Origin: a virus
Lineage: Duplodnaviria; Caudoviricetes
DNA length: 54,600 nt
Direction: 5' to 3' (one strand)
Virus record (IMG/VR): IMGVR_UViG_3300012943_000038
Span: 1-54,600 of that record
The position numbers and the translations under genes were made by a program. The notes under the pieces are model-generated. The model saw only the letters and a list, made by a program, of their open reading frames with translations, had not been told where the DNA came from and searched no databases. Shown piece by piece: positions 45,131-54,371 of the stretch. Position 1 is the stretch's first letter, and the number at the start of each line of letters is the position of its first letter.

Positions 45131-45612
45131 TGGCGTGGCCCACAAAGGGGGCCCGCTACCTCGATGGCAGAAGTAAGCATCCTCTCTACGCTCGCTGGTC
45201 TCAGATGATCGACCGATGCTCGAATGACAAAAGTCCGGTATGGAAGCACTACGGCGGCAGAGGGATTCGTGTCTGCGATCGTTGGCTTGATTTCTGGTCT
45301 TACGTTGAGGATCTTGGCGAAATTCCTTTCAAGGGTGCAGAGGTTGACCGCATTGACAACGATGGTGATTACGAACCTTCAAACGTTCGATGGGCCACCA
45401 GAAAAGAACAAATGAACAACATGCGCCGCCCTGTTCAGGGAGATCGTTGTCCTCGCGGCCATCTTTACATCGAGTACGGAAAACAATTCAAGCGTGGGGA
45501 TCGCTTTCTGTGGCTATGCATTCCCTGTGATCGAGAGCAAAAACGAGAGTCTTACCGCCGTCTTAGCGGCTACTACGACCGGCATCCCGAAGTAACGCCC
45601 CGAGACCACTAA
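45130..45612 (+). CDS. HNH endonuclease
   Basis: YGGRGIRVCDRW…DRIDNDGDYEPSNVRWAT…Q; C-terminal CPRGH…CIPC. Confidence 0.88.
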   Translation: MAWPTKGARYLDGRSKHPLYARWSQMIDRCSNDKSPVWKHYGGRGIRVCDRWLDFWSYVEDLGEIPFKGAEVDRIDNDGDYEPSNVRWATRKEQMNNMRRPVQGDRCPRGHLYIEYGKQFKRGDRFLWLCIPCDREQKRESYRRLSGYYDRHPEVTPRDH

Positions 45613-45629
45613 GCACGACAGATAGGAGA
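45610..45629 (+). repeat. 20-bp start-associated repeat, copy 1
   Basis: TAAGCACGACAGATAGGAGA identical at 48548-48567. Confidence 0.85.
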
Positions 45630-45633
45630 TCTG

Positions 45634-45786
45634 ATGACGATGAAGTCCGGCTGGTGCGTAGACGCCGAAACGTACGCCTTCCTCGACAACCCCGCCTACG
45701 CTCGGCAACTCCATGCGTCCTGCCGACGGCCGCACATCTGTACCTGCACCTGTCACGCCCCTGCCCCCGAATCGAGGAAGCCATGA
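45634..45786 (+). CDS. Small Cys/His protein (50 aa)
   Basis: SGWC…HASC…CTCTCH; strong RBS. Confidence 0.6.
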   Translation: MTMKSGWCVDAETYAFLDNPAYARQLHASCRRPHICTCTCHAPAPESRKP

Positions 45787-46064
45787 CCAACCAGCGACAG
45801 ATCTTCAAGTACCCAGTGCCCATTGACGACGAGTGGCACGAAATCCCGAACCGGCTCAACAGTCACCTCCACGTCGGGATTCAAGGTCGCACCGTGATGG
45901 TCTGGACCTCGCCGAATGAAGAAGATGCCCCCGGACCTCTGATGATGTGGGCCAAGGTTGTCGGAACCGGAGAGCCCTTCCCGATGGACGCTGGCTACGT
46001 CGGAACCGTCCAAGATCCTCCGTTCGTGTGGCACGTCATCTGCTTGGAGGAGAAGCCCGAATGA
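45783..46064 (+). CDS. Hypothetical protein
   Basis: IFKY…VVGTG…YVGTVQ…FVWHV conserved phage pattern. Confidence 0.7.
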   Translation: MTNQRQIFKYPVPIDDEWHEIPNRLNSHLHVGIQGRTVMVWTSPNEEDAPGPLMMWAKVVGTGEPFPMDAGYVGTVQDPPFVWHVICLEEKPE

Positions 46065-48052
46065 CCGACACTTTCGACGCCAGTCTGATCTCGTGGGTGA
46101 TGGATCAGGCCCAGATCGACAACCTGTGTGTGGCGATCGAGACGGCGATCGAGGTAGTCATCGACCTTGAAACCACCGGCCTCGACGAGCACGCGACCGG
46201 CAAGGACAAGTCGTGGCCCTGCCCGGCGCGGATCTCGCTGGCCTCCCTGACTCTGCCCCAGCCAGATGAGGAGGGAGATCCCTCGACGTTCGTCGTGCCG
46301 CTCTCCCACCCCGACGGACCGCTGCGGAACGTCTGGGTCAAGGTGCTCCGACAGATCTGTCAGACGATCGTCAACTACGAGCGCCCGGTCGTCAACCAGA
46401 ACATGAAGTTCGACTCGCGCTGGATCTTCGCCCACACCGGGGTCAACCTCGCGCCACTGATCTCGTGGGACACCGAACTCGCGCAGCACCTCCAAGACGA
46501 GAACGAGTCGACCAAACTCAAGGAGGTCGTGCCCCGACTGTTCGGCATCACCCGCTGGGACGACTTCAACCTGTCGACGCCGGGGGCCTCGGAGAAGGTG
46601 CCGCTGTTCGACCTCGGCCTCTACGCCGCCCGCGACACCTACTGGACGTGGAAGTTGGCGCAGTACCAGCGCCACCTCATGTTCATCGGCACCCAAGATG
46701 AGCCGGAGGACTCCGAGGAGGTGCAGGACGCGCGTCTCGGTTCACTCGCTCTCTGGTGCTCGATGCCGACCGTCCGAACGCTGGCCTCGATGGAACAGCG
46801 CGGCATCGCGCTCGACCGAGACTGGGTGGAGGCTCGGCTGGCCGAGGACCAGCGCATCGAGTCCGAACTGTCCAAGGTGCTCATCTCTCGCTACGAGATC
46901 GACGGCGAGCCCTCGTTCGCTGCGACCTCCAACTGGTTCGCCGCTTGGTCGGCGGCTGCCGTCGAAGCCGGAGATCTGCGGATCGGTGCGCTGACCCCGA
47001 CCGGCAAGCCCCAGTGGTCGAAGTCGGTGCTGACTCGGCAGGCCCGCAACGGCTCGGAAGTGGCGACCGATCTCCTCGCGCTGCGGAAGGTCATCAAGGA
47101 GCAGGAGTTCCTGAACTCGTGGCTCTCCTACGTCACCCCGGACGGCCTGATCCACTCGACCTACTACGCGGGCCGCAACTATCAGGAATGGTCATCGGCC
47201 GCCAAGGGGACGGTGACCGGACGCCTCTCGTCCGGCAGCCCGAACATGCAGCAGGTGACGAAACCGCTAAAGCCAGCGTTCGTCCCGAGGCCCGGCTTCT
47301 ACTTCGCCGAACTCGACTACAGCCAGATCGAGTTGCGGCTGGCCGCGTTCGTCAGCCGGTGCAAGCCGATGATGCAGGCGTTCCAAGAGGGTCAGGATCT
47401 CCACCAACTCACCGCCGCACAGACGACGAGCAAGTCTCTGGCCGACGTTACTCCGGCCGAACGACAGAATGCGAAGGCGGTCAACTTCGGCTACGTGTTC
47501 GGCATGAGTGCTGAGGGTTTCCGGGACTACGCCGAAACCAGTTACGGCGTCATCCTCACCGACCTCGAAGCAGTTCAATCGCGGGTCGCGTTCTTCGAGT
47601 TGTGGGACGGGATGGAGGACTGGCACATGCGCGTCATGCGTCGAGTCCGGCGCGACGGTCAGGTCGTCTCTCCTCTGGGCCGTGTGCGACGTCTGCCGGA
47701 CGTGTGGAGCGGTAGCGAGTACAAGGTCGGCCACGCGGAACGGCAAGCGATCAACAGCCCAGTCCAGTCCTTTGCTTCGGACCTGATGCAGATGTCGGCC
47801 GCCAGCATCGAGGGGATGCTGCCCGGAGTCGAGCCAGTTCCGGACGTCGCTCTGGTCGGCACTGTGCACGACTCGATCATGGTCGAGGTGCCGATCCACG
47901 ACTGGAAACGAGCAACCGCCCGGTGCATGAAGCGCATGATGGGCATGGACGAGGTGCTCCGCAGGCTGGGCTGCGATCTCGACGTCCCCCTCGGCGTCGA
48001 AGCCACCGTAGGTACGCGCTGGGGGCTGGCCGACATCGGCATCATTTCGTGA
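46061..48052 (+). CDS. polA: DNA polymerase family A with 3'-5' exonuclease
   Basis: DLETTG, NMKFD, YAARD; TGRLSS…PNMQ, DYSQIELR, RQNAKAVNFG…G, VHDS. Confidence 0.96.
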   Translation: MTDTFDASLISWVMDQAQIDNLCVAIETAIEVVIDLETTGLDEHATGKDKSWPCPARISLASLTLPQPDEEGDPSTFVVPLSHPDGPLRNVWVKVLRQICQTIVNYERPVVNQNMKFDSRWIFAHTGVNLAPLISWDTELAQHLQDENESTKLKEVVPRLFGITRWDDFNLSTPGASEKVPLFDLGLYAARDTYWTWKLAQYQRHLMFIGTQDEPEDSEEVQDARLGSLALWCSMPTVRTLASMEQRGIALDRDWVEARLAEDQRIESELSKVLISRYEIDGEPSFAATSNWFAAWSAAAVEAGDLRIGALTPTGKPQWSKSVLTRQARNGSEVATDLLALRKVIKEQEFLNSWLSYVTPDGLIHSTYYAGRNYQEWSSAAKGTVTGRLSSGSPNMQQVTKPLKPAFVPRPGFYFAELDYSQIELRLAAFVSRCKPMMQAFQEGQDLHQLTAAQTTSKSLADVTPAERQNAKAVNFGYVFGMSAEGFRDYAETSYGVILTDLEAVQSRVAFFELWDGMEDWHMRVMRRVRRDGQVVSPLGRVRRLPDVWSGSEYKVGHAERQAINSPVQSFASDLMQMSAASIEGMLPGVEPVPDVALVGTVHDSIMVEVPIHDWKRATARCMKRMMGMDEVLRRLGCDLDVPLGVEATVGTRWGLADIGIIS

Positions 48053-48099
48053 TGTCGACTCTGTTAGGCTTTGGCACATAATCGGTCTAAGGAGATGAC

Positions 48100-48255
48100 A
48101 TGCCGGACAGAGAGCCGAACGGTTCGCCTGAAATGCCGATCCGCTGCTTCCGGGCTCCTGACGAGTTGTGGCAGCGGGTCAAGGCGAAGGCCGCCAAGAA
48201 CAACGAGACGGTGACGTCAGCCATCATCCGATTCCTACAGGACTACTCGAAGTAA
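48100..48255 (+). CDS. Ribbon-helix-helix DNA-binding protein (51 aa)
   Basis: AAGGAG RBS; IRCFRAPDELWQRVKAKA…VTSAIIRFLQDY; absent from ORF track. Confidence 0.75.
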   Translation: MPDREPNGSPEMPIRCFRAPDELWQRVKAKAAKNNETVTSAIIRFLQDYSK

Positions 48256-48268
48256 GGGGGGCAGATTC

Positions 48269-48547
48269 ATGCGAGTTCGACGTGGCTCCTCGTTCGAGGA
48301 GACGTTGGAGGATCTCAACTACTTGGAGCGCACTTCCTTCGAGAAGGTGTTGAAGGCGCGCAGCAAGGTCGAGGAGGTCACCTCCGAATCTGACAAGGCT
48401 CAGGTGCGCCTGCGGAAGCAAATCCGCGAAGCCCTCGCCAACGGTGTACCGGCGGCGTTGATCGCCCATCACCTCGGCCTCACGGTCGGCCGGGTCTACC
48501 AGATCAAGATGGACTACCAGCCGAACCGGGAGAAGGCTGCCAGTTAG
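48269..48547 (+). CDS. Helix-turn-helix DNA-binding protein
   Basis: IREALANGVPAALIAHHLGLTVGRVYQI. Confidence 0.75.
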   Translation: MRVRRGSSFEETLEDLNYLERTSFEKVLKARSKVEEVTSESDKAQVRLRKQIREALANGVPAALIAHHLGLTVGRVYQIKMDYQPNREKAAS

Positions 48548-48567
48548 TAAGCACGACAGATAGGAGA
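48548..48567 (+). repeat. 20-bp start-associated repeat, copy 2
   Basis: Identical to 45610-45629. Confidence 0.85.
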
Positions 48568-48573
48568 CCTGAC

Positions 48574-48915
48574 GTGGCACAACTCGAAACGACGCTGACC
48601 AACCAGATCCGCAGGGCGATCGAGGCATCCTTCCCCAAGGACGAGAACGGCTTCTCCGAAGCGTGGGGCCTCAAGGTGGCCGGAGGCGGCTACCAGAACG
48701 CCGGAGTCCCGGACCTGCTCTACCTGATCCGAGGCACCTTGTTCGGCTTCGAGGTCAAGGCTCAGCGCTCTGGCGAATCCAAGGAGCATGCTCGCAATCG
48801 AGCCACGCTGCGCCAGTTGATCGAGATCGACAAGATCAACCGGGCCGGAGGATGCGCTCTGGTCGTGATCTCCGTCGACGAAGTGATGTCGGCGATTTGG
48901 AATAACCTGACTTGA
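48574..48915 (+). CDS. VRR-NUC nuclease / Holliday junction resolvase
   Basis: E…AGVPDL…FEVK…Q…AGG. Confidence 0.85.
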   Translation: MAQLETTLTNQIRRAIEASFPKDENGFSEAWGLKVAGGGYQNAGVPDLLYLIRGTLFGFEVKAQRSGESKEHARNRATLRQLIEIDKINRAGGCALVVISVDEVMSAIWNNLT

Positions 48916-48953
48916 ACCTTGTGTTACATTGGGTAAGTCGATAGGAGAGGACC

Positions 48954-49139
48954 ATGCTGACTGTGACCTACAGCGTCCTTGACGCCGAAACAAGCGATTA
49001 CGTTCGCCAACCGTCGATCGAGGTCGAGGCGGCACAGCCGCAGGACGCTGCCCGGTGGGTACGCGAAACCTTCGGCCCCAACGTCAACGTGCTCGCTGTG
49101 CGGGACGACGAAATCGGTTCGATCGAGTTCAATCTATGA
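48954..49139 (+). CDS. Hypothetical protein
   Basis: GATAGGAG RBS; promoter upstream. Confidence 0.65.
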   Translation: MLTVTYSVLDAETSDYVRQPSIEVEAAQPQDAARWVRETFGPNVNVLAVRDDEIGSIEFNL

Positions 49140-49294
49140 GAACTCTCTCCTGCACCGGATCAGTGGAAGTCATCCCCGGCGCTCGCTACCCCTTCAAGCC
49201 TCAGTGCATCTGCGGCTGGACGACGTGGGGCTATGCCACGTTCGACTCGGCGAAGATCCTCGCCAACGCCCACGAGAACGGGGAGCGTGTCTGA
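49136..49294 (+). CDS. Small hypothetical protein
   Basis: ATGA overlap; CICGW…H. Confidence 0.6.
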   Translation: MRTLSCTGSVEVIPGARYPFKPQCICGWTTWGYATFDSAKILANAHENGERV

Positions 49295-49698
49295 TGTTCA
49301 ACCGCATCCCCTCATGGGTATTGGGAGGCGTACTCGGCGGCGTCCTCGGCGGCACCGGCGCTTTCCTCGTGTCCTCTGCCATTCAGGACGACCCGAAACC
49401 CGCCCCCGCCGTCACGGTCACCGTCAGCCCTGAACCTGAACCTGAACCCGTGACCGAGGCTCCGACTGTCGAGCCCACTACGGCTCCGGTTCCGGTCCCC
49501 GTCCAGCCTCGCGTCGCCCCGGCTCCCGCGTCTCGTGACAACGACGACGACGACGACGACGACAAGGAGTCACGTCAAACCCCGCAGCAAAGTTGCGAGG
49601 AGAAGATGAAGGCTGAGTACGGCGACCGCTACGACTCCGATTGGTGTGTCGACGACGATGATGTCGACGTCGACCTTGAGAAAGATGAGGACGACTGA
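49294..49698 (+). CDS. Membrane-anchored Pro-rich/acidic protein
   Basis: N-terminal TM, PAPAVTVTVSP linker, acidic C-terminus. Confidence 0.65.
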   Translation: MFNRIPSWVLGGVLGGVLGGTGAFLVSSAIQDDPKPAPAVTVTVSPEPEPEPVTEAPTVEPTTAPVPVPVQPRVAPAPASRDNDDDDDDDKESRQTPQQSCEEKMKAEYGDRYDSDWCVDDDDVDVDLEKDEDD

Positions 49699-49919
49699 TG
49701 AGCCTGTCGAATTTCCCTCCCGGAGTCTCGGGAAACGAGCCCGAGATCGCGGGCTACGACGAGATCGACTGGACTTGCGCCGAGTGCGGCCTCGAAAGCA
49801 TCGCCTACGGTTCGCGCCGTCAGGACTACTTCACCTTCGAGTGTGAACAGTGCGGATCCTTCGAGGAGATCTCCGGAGCCCACGAGCCCGATGAGCCTGA
49901 CTGGAAGGACGAACGATGA
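49698..49919 (+). CDS. Small zinc-ribbon protein
   Basis: NFPPGV…CAEC…CEQC. Confidence 0.65.
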   Translation: MSLSNFPPGVSGNEPEIAGYDEIDWTCAECGLESIAYGSRRQDYFTFECEQCGSFEEISGAHEPDEPDWKDER

Positions 49920-50224
49920 GCGTGACTCCGACTTGCGTCGACTGTGGCTTCACCATTCCTGTAGGAGACCCCTCCGTCTACGGAGAGGATCGTCGCCTCC
50001 GCCACGTTGATTGTGGCCCAACGATCGATCTCGTCAACCACCCGCCGCACTACGGCAGCCACCCCAGCGGAGTCGAGTGCATCCAGATCACCGAGCACAT
50101 GAACTTCTGCCTCGGCAACGCCGTGAAGTACATCTGGCGCGCTGACGAGAAGGGCAACGCGATCGAGGACTTGGAGAAGGCCCGCTGGTACATCGACCGC
50201 GAGATCCAACGGAGGAAAGCATGA
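49916..50224 (+). CDS. DUF3310 domain protein with N-terminal zinc motif
   Basis: VNHPPHY…ECI…FCLGNAVKYIWRA…EDLEKARWYI. Confidence 0.88.
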   Translation: MSVTPTCVDCGFTIPVGDPSVYGEDRRLRHVDCGPTIDLVNHPPHYGSHPSGVECIQITEHMNFCLGNAVKYIWRADEKGNAIEDLEKARWYIDREIQRRKA

Positions 50225-50267
50225 GCACTCCCACTCAACCGGCCCCCTGCGGCTGCTGGCTCGACTG

Positions 50268-50438
50268 ATGAAGCACCCTTTTGATTCTGGCCTTATTGAG
50301 TGCGGATTCTGCGGATCTGAGATCCGTGGGCGTACTCGGCGCGAGGTGCTGGAAGATGCCCGCAACCTAGGTTGGAAGCACCGAGGGGACTATTTCCTTT
50401 GCCCGGACTGCATCACCGAAATGGAGAATCTCTCGTGA
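50268..50438 (+). CDS. Small zinc-finger protein (56 aa)
   Basis: CGFCG…GW…CPDC; absent from ORF track. Confidence 0.6.
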   Translation: MKHPFDSGLIECGFCGSEIRGRTRREVLEDARNLGWKHRGDYFLCPDCITEMENLS

Positions 50439-50674
50439 CCCTCTACATCGTCTTTCTCGTCATCTTCACGGTCGCTTGGGCGGCCGTCACGATCGTCCTA
50501 ACCGTCGATGCCTTCGACTTCCGGCGAACGGAGAAGGCCAAGAACGCCCGCATCGCGTGGCTCTCGTTCTTCCTGCTGCCGATCTATCCGGCGGTCGTCT
50601 GCGTCGCTCTGGTCCTCGGGCCAATCATGGTTTTCCGCTCACTCGGGCGGATCAACAAGGAGAACACCGAATGA
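50435..50674 (+). CDS. Membrane protein (2 TM)
   Basis: Two hydrophobic segments; coupled to the SPFH gene. Confidence 0.7.
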   Translation: MTLYIVFLVIFTVAWAAVTIVLTVDAFDFRRTEKAKNARIAWLSFFLLPIYPAVVCVALVLGPIMVFRSLGRINKENTE

Positions 50675-51555
50675 AGAAACTCACCCTGTTGCTCATCGCT
50701 GCCGCGCTTCTGCTCGGTGGCTGTGGCTACTCCATCCCCCCGGACATGGTGGCGCTTCGAGTGGGCGCGGGCCCGTTCGAGCCGAAGAAGATCAAGGAGT
50801 GCATCCCAGCGAACGACCGCAAGTTGTTCTGGGAGACGAACGACTCCTACTACCCGTTCCCGACGTCGGAGCGCGAGTGGGATGCCACCGGCAAGAAGGG
50901 CTCGGACTCCTCGCCCTTCACCTCAGTGACCAAGGACAACGTGGTCATGCAGATCCCGGTGACTGTGCGCTTCACGATCAAGACCGATTGCAAGACGCTC
51001 AAGAAGTTCTACACGAACTACGTCCGTCGCTATGGTGCCGAGTTCGACACAGACGGCTCCTACAACGATCAGTGGGAGACGCTGCTGCGGAAGTTGGTGG
51101 CCGATCCGGCCGATCAGACCCTCGACCGCATCGTGCAGGGCTACGACTGGCGCAAGGTCTGGAACGAGCCCAAGACGAAGGTCGCCATCGAGCGCCAGTT
51201 CAACAAGGCTCTGACCTCGAAGCAGTCCTTGATGGTGCAGACGGCCAAGGCGTCCTACTTCGACGGCATCTCCGTCTTGGTCGGAACCCCGACGCCGGAG
51301 CGGCCGGAACTGCGGAACGCCGTGGCGCTCGAACAGCAGGCCGTGGCTGACGCTCGGAGCAAGGAGGCCGAAGCCTCGGCTCGCGCCGCACAGGCTCGCG
51401 CTGAATTGGCCGTGGCGCAGGCTGAGGCCGCGAAGAAGCGGCAGGAGATCGACGGCTATCCGAGCGTCGACGACTACCTGCGGAACAAGGCCATCCAGCA
51501 GGGCTTGAATCCGTTCATGCCCACATACATCTGGGGCGGGAACTCGCCTCGATGA
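50671..51555 (+). CDS. SPFH/band-7-like lipoprotein
   Basis: Lipobox LLLGGC; VTKDNV motif; C-terminal A/E/Q coiled coil. Confidence 0.75.
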   Translation: MKKLTLLLIAAALLLGGCGYSIPPDMVALRVGAGPFEPKKIKECIPANDRKLFWETNDSYYPFPTSEREWDATGKKGSDSSPFTSVTKDNVVMQIPVTVRFTIKTDCKTLKKFYTNYVRRYGAEFDTDGSYNDQWETLLRKLVADPADQTLDRIVQGYDWRKVWNEPKTKVAIERQFNKALTSKQSLMVQTAKASYFDGISVLVGTPTPERPELRNAVALEQQAVADARSKEAEASARAAQARAELAVAQAEAAKKRQEIDGYPSVDDYLRNKAIQQGLNPFMPTYIWGGNSPR

Positions 51556-51974
51556 AACGAACCCCGCTCCCCGATCGTCTCTATCCTCGCTGCGTTCCTG
51601 AGGGTGACTGTCTCGTCTGGACTGGCGCGACTCTCCCCAAGGGGTATGGAGTGATTGGTCGAGGCGGCGGGGGCGGGGGTCAGGTCACCGTGCATCGAGC
51701 ATCGTTTGAGATTCACAATGGACCGATACCGGAGGGGATGTGGGTGCTGCACTCCTGTGACAACCCGCCGTGCGTAAACCCTGACCATCTGTTCTTGGGT
51801 ACCGAGGAGGACAACCGATTCGATATGTACCGAAAGGGTCGAACCGCTCAGTCCCCTCTCAAGACAGAGTGCTACCGAGGTCACCCTTTGACGGGGCCTG
51901 AGGCTGATGTCTACACAAGTAAAAAGGGACATCGAGACTGTAGAAAATGCCGACGCATAAGGAGATCGAAATGA
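51552..51974 (+). CDS. HNH endonuclease
   Basis: CLVWTG…GYG…HR…VLHSCDNPPCVNPDHLFLGT…N. Confidence 0.9.
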   Translation: MKRTPLPDRLYPRCVPEGDCLVWTGATLPKGYGVIGRGGGGGGQVTVHRASFEIHNGPIPEGMWVLHSCDNPPCVNPDHLFLGTEEDNRFDMYRKGRTAQSPLKTECYRGHPLTGPEADVYTSKKGHRDCRKCRRIRRSK

Positions 51975-52186
51975 AGAAACTGCTCGTTTGGGCAACCGGC
52001 CTGATGTTCGCGTCCGGCCCGATTCAGATCATTGCTGCCCTGTACCTCTTGATCTGGGCCGAGGACGACACCCTAGTTCTCGCGGTCTCCGGGGTGTTCA
52101 CGTCGATCTGGGCTGGGCTGCTGTTCGTCATCGCACTCGGCATCGCGGGATACGTTCCGGCCAAGGAGGAGGTAGACGATGAGTGA
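51971..52186 (+). CDS. Membrane protein (2 TM)
   Basis: Hydrophobic; RBS; ATGA overlap. Confidence 0.65.
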   Translation: MKKLLVWATGLMFASGPIQIIAALYLLIWAEDDTLVLAVSGVFTSIWAGLLFVIALGIAGYVPAKEEVDDE

Positions 52187-52421
52187 CATCGAGCACGGTA
52201 CCTACGCGGGCTACAACTCCCACCTGCGCCTCGACGTGCCAATGACCGACGAGTGCGGCTGCGCCAAGGCCCGCAACGCCTACATGCAGGAGTACCGCAA
52301 CGCGAACCCTGACGCTCGGGCCCGCCAGCAGACCCGCGCCAACCTGCGTCGCCGGGCGCTCAACGAACTGGCCGAGAGGCACCAGAGGGAGTTCCAGAAA
52401 ATTCTCAAAGAAATGTCATAG
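52179..52421 (+). CDS. Hypothetical protein
   Basis: HGTYAGY…H…CGC…A motif. Confidence 0.7.
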   Translation: MSDIEHGTYAGYNSHLRLDVPMTDECGCAKARNAYMQEYRNANPDARARQQTRANLRRRALNELAERHQREFQKILKEMS

Positions 52422-52498
52422 CCGGACTTGAATATAACCGTACGACCCTGCACACTAGAGGGACAGGTAAGACTCACCCACTGAGATAGGAGCCTCCC

Positions 52499-53518
52499 AT
52501 GGGGCACGGAATCACCGACACCGACCAGATGTTCAGCGTTCGCAAGATGCCGTGGCATGGCCTCGGCGTCATCCTGAGCGACAGCCCGACCCGCGAGGAG
52601 GCCCAGAGCCTCATCACCCCGTGGGAGGCCGTCGAGTCCTCGGTCTACAAGAAGGTGCCCGTCATCACCGGGTCCGGCGAACTGATGGAGACCTTCGAGG
52701 AGATCGAGGGATCGAAGATCATCGAGCGCAGCGACAACGGCTTCACGCTCGGCGTCCCGAACGAGACCTACGGCATCGTCACCAATCAGGAGTTCTGGGA
52801 TGTCGCCGAGGCGGTCGGTCTGGCCGACGATCAGGCGGTCCTCGAAACCGGCGGCACGCTCGACGGAGGAAAGCGGATCTGGGCGCTCATGCGCTTCGCG
52901 GAGCCGCTGCACATCAAGGGCGACCCGAACGGGGCCACGATCGCCCACCTAGCCTTGCAGAACAGCCACGACGGCTCCTCGTCCTTCCGGGCGCAGGCCG
53001 TCAACACCCGGATCGTCTGCGCCAACACGTCGGCCGCCGCTGACGCCGAGGCCCAGCGCGGCGGGTACGAGTTCACCTTCCGGCACTCCAAGAACGTCAG
53101 CGACCGCATCGACGACGCGAAGGCGGCCGTCGAGATGTGGCGCGAGGGTGTCGTCGTCTGGCAGAACGCGATGGAGCACCTCGTCACCGTCAAGGTGACC
53201 AAGGAACAGCGCGACCTGTTCGTCGAGAAGTTCCAGCCGCTCCCCCCCTCGCACCTCATCACCGATCGGGTCCGGGGCAACGTCGAGTCGGCGCGTGGCG
53301 AACTCCGCTCGATCCTGAGCAGCGCGACGTCCGAGGGCATCGACCTCACGGCGTACGGCCTGTTTCAGGCTGGCATCGAGTGGGCCGGTCACGTCCGGGG
53401 CGTCCGGGGCAAGGACGAGCGGAGCCGCATGGAGTCCTACTTCAAGCGGAACATGCTCACCGACTCCGGCCTGCGGCAGGCAACGCTGGAACTGGCGCTC
53501 GAAGTGGCGAACGCCTGA
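52499..53518 (+). CDS. DUF932 family protein
   Basis: PWHGLG, Y…N, ETGGTLDGGKRIW, NSHDGSSS, RIVCANT. Confidence 0.9.
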   Translation: MGHGITDTDQMFSVRKMPWHGLGVILSDSPTREEAQSLITPWEAVESSVYKKVPVITGSGELMETFEEIEGSKIIERSDNGFTLGVPNETYGIVTNQEFWDVAEAVGLADDQAVLETGGTLDGGKRIWALMRFAEPLHIKGDPNGATIAHLALQNSHDGSSSFRAQAVNTRIVCANTSAAADAEAQRGGYEFTFRHSKNVSDRIDDAKAAVEMWREGVVVWQNAMEHLVTVKVTKEQRDLFVEKFQPLPPSHLITDRVRGNVESARGELRSILSSATSEGIDLTAYGLFQAGIEWAGHVRGVRGKDERSRMESYFKRNMLTDSGLRQATLELALEVANA

Positions 53519-53724
53519 TGGCACAGGCTTACCGCCTCCCGGCCTCCAAGGAATACACCTTGGAGGTCCGGGTGCTCGACGACGATTCGAGAGTGGTTGC
53601 TGAGACACGAGTCAAGACTTTTCCCAGTGATTCCAGTTCGATCATCTCCCTCGATTGGGAAGAAGTTCACGACCGTTCCCGGATTTCGCTCAACGTCAAA
53701 GCCGAGAACGTGATGGTGTTCTGA
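53518..53724 (+). CDS. Hypothetical protein
   Basis: TGATG coupling. Confidence 0.6.
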   Translation: MAQAYRLPASKEYTLEVRVLDDDSRVVAETRVKTFPSDSSSIISLDWEEVHDRSRISLNVKAENVMVF

Positions 53725-53727
53725 ACC

Positions 53728-54117
53728 ATGTGCGGGACGATGCGTGAGTACCGACGAGGCTGCCGGTGTGCACCGTGTCGCGGGGCGAACGCCGAGAGGG
53801 TGAGGCTGAACCGGGCATCCCGGTTGGCCGACCCCTCTCGGCTGTCCTGCGGCTCCCGCTCGGCCTACGACGCCGGATGCCGGTGCGAGGAGTGCAAGTG
53901 GGCCCGTAGGTACGTCTACTGGTTCCGCGAGAACGGCCCCAGACGTCACCGTTGGCGCGAGGATCGGACTCAGGAGTTCTTCCTCGCCCGGCAGACGTGG
54001 CACGAGGCCAAGGAAGCCGAGACGTTCCTGTGGCCGGAGGAGAGCCGGGAGTTCGACGAGGTGAATCCGGGGCCGACCTTCAAGCAAGTCCTGATCTTCA
54101 ACCGGGGGCAACGATGA
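53728..54117 (+). CDS. Hypothetical protein with two GCRCxxC repeats
   Basis: YRRGCRCAPC and YDAGCRCEEC. Confidence 0.65.
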   Translation: MCGTMREYRRGCRCAPCRGANAERVRLNRASRLADPSRLSCGSRSAYDAGCRCEECKWARRYVYWFRENGPRRHRWREDRTQEFFLARQTWHEAKEAETFLWPEESREFDEVNPGPTFKQVLIFNRGQR

Positions 54118-54371
54118 CGTGGGAGTTCAGCCCTGCGGTGATCTCCAAGGGCAAGACGCTTCCCGTCGACGAGACGCAATTCGTCAACGTCTACTGGGTG
54201 CAATCCAGTTCGGGCGACAAGTCTTACCGAGTCCAAACCGACTTCAATCCCAAGACTCGGAAGGTGACTTGGGCATCCTGTACCTGTAGGCATGGCATGA
54301 ACCGTGGAGGACGGGCCAGATGCGCCCACGTTGTAGCAGTCCTCCTAAGACTCAAGGAGAGCAGCAAATGA
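54114..54371 (+). CDS. SWIM zinc-finger protein
   Basis: VQSSSG…YRV…CTC…CAHV. Confidence 0.75.
   Translation: MTWEFSPAVISKGKTLPVDETQFVNVYWVQSSSGDKSYRVQTDFNPKTRKVTWASCTCRHGMNRGGRARCAHVVAVLLRLKESSK

Noticed and set aside
393-54371. Genome-wide UGA recoding suggested by the ACA tRNA
   Set aside because: Core genes are intact in code 11 and TGA is widely used as a stop in ATGA/TGATG overlaps; only occasional readthrough remains possible.
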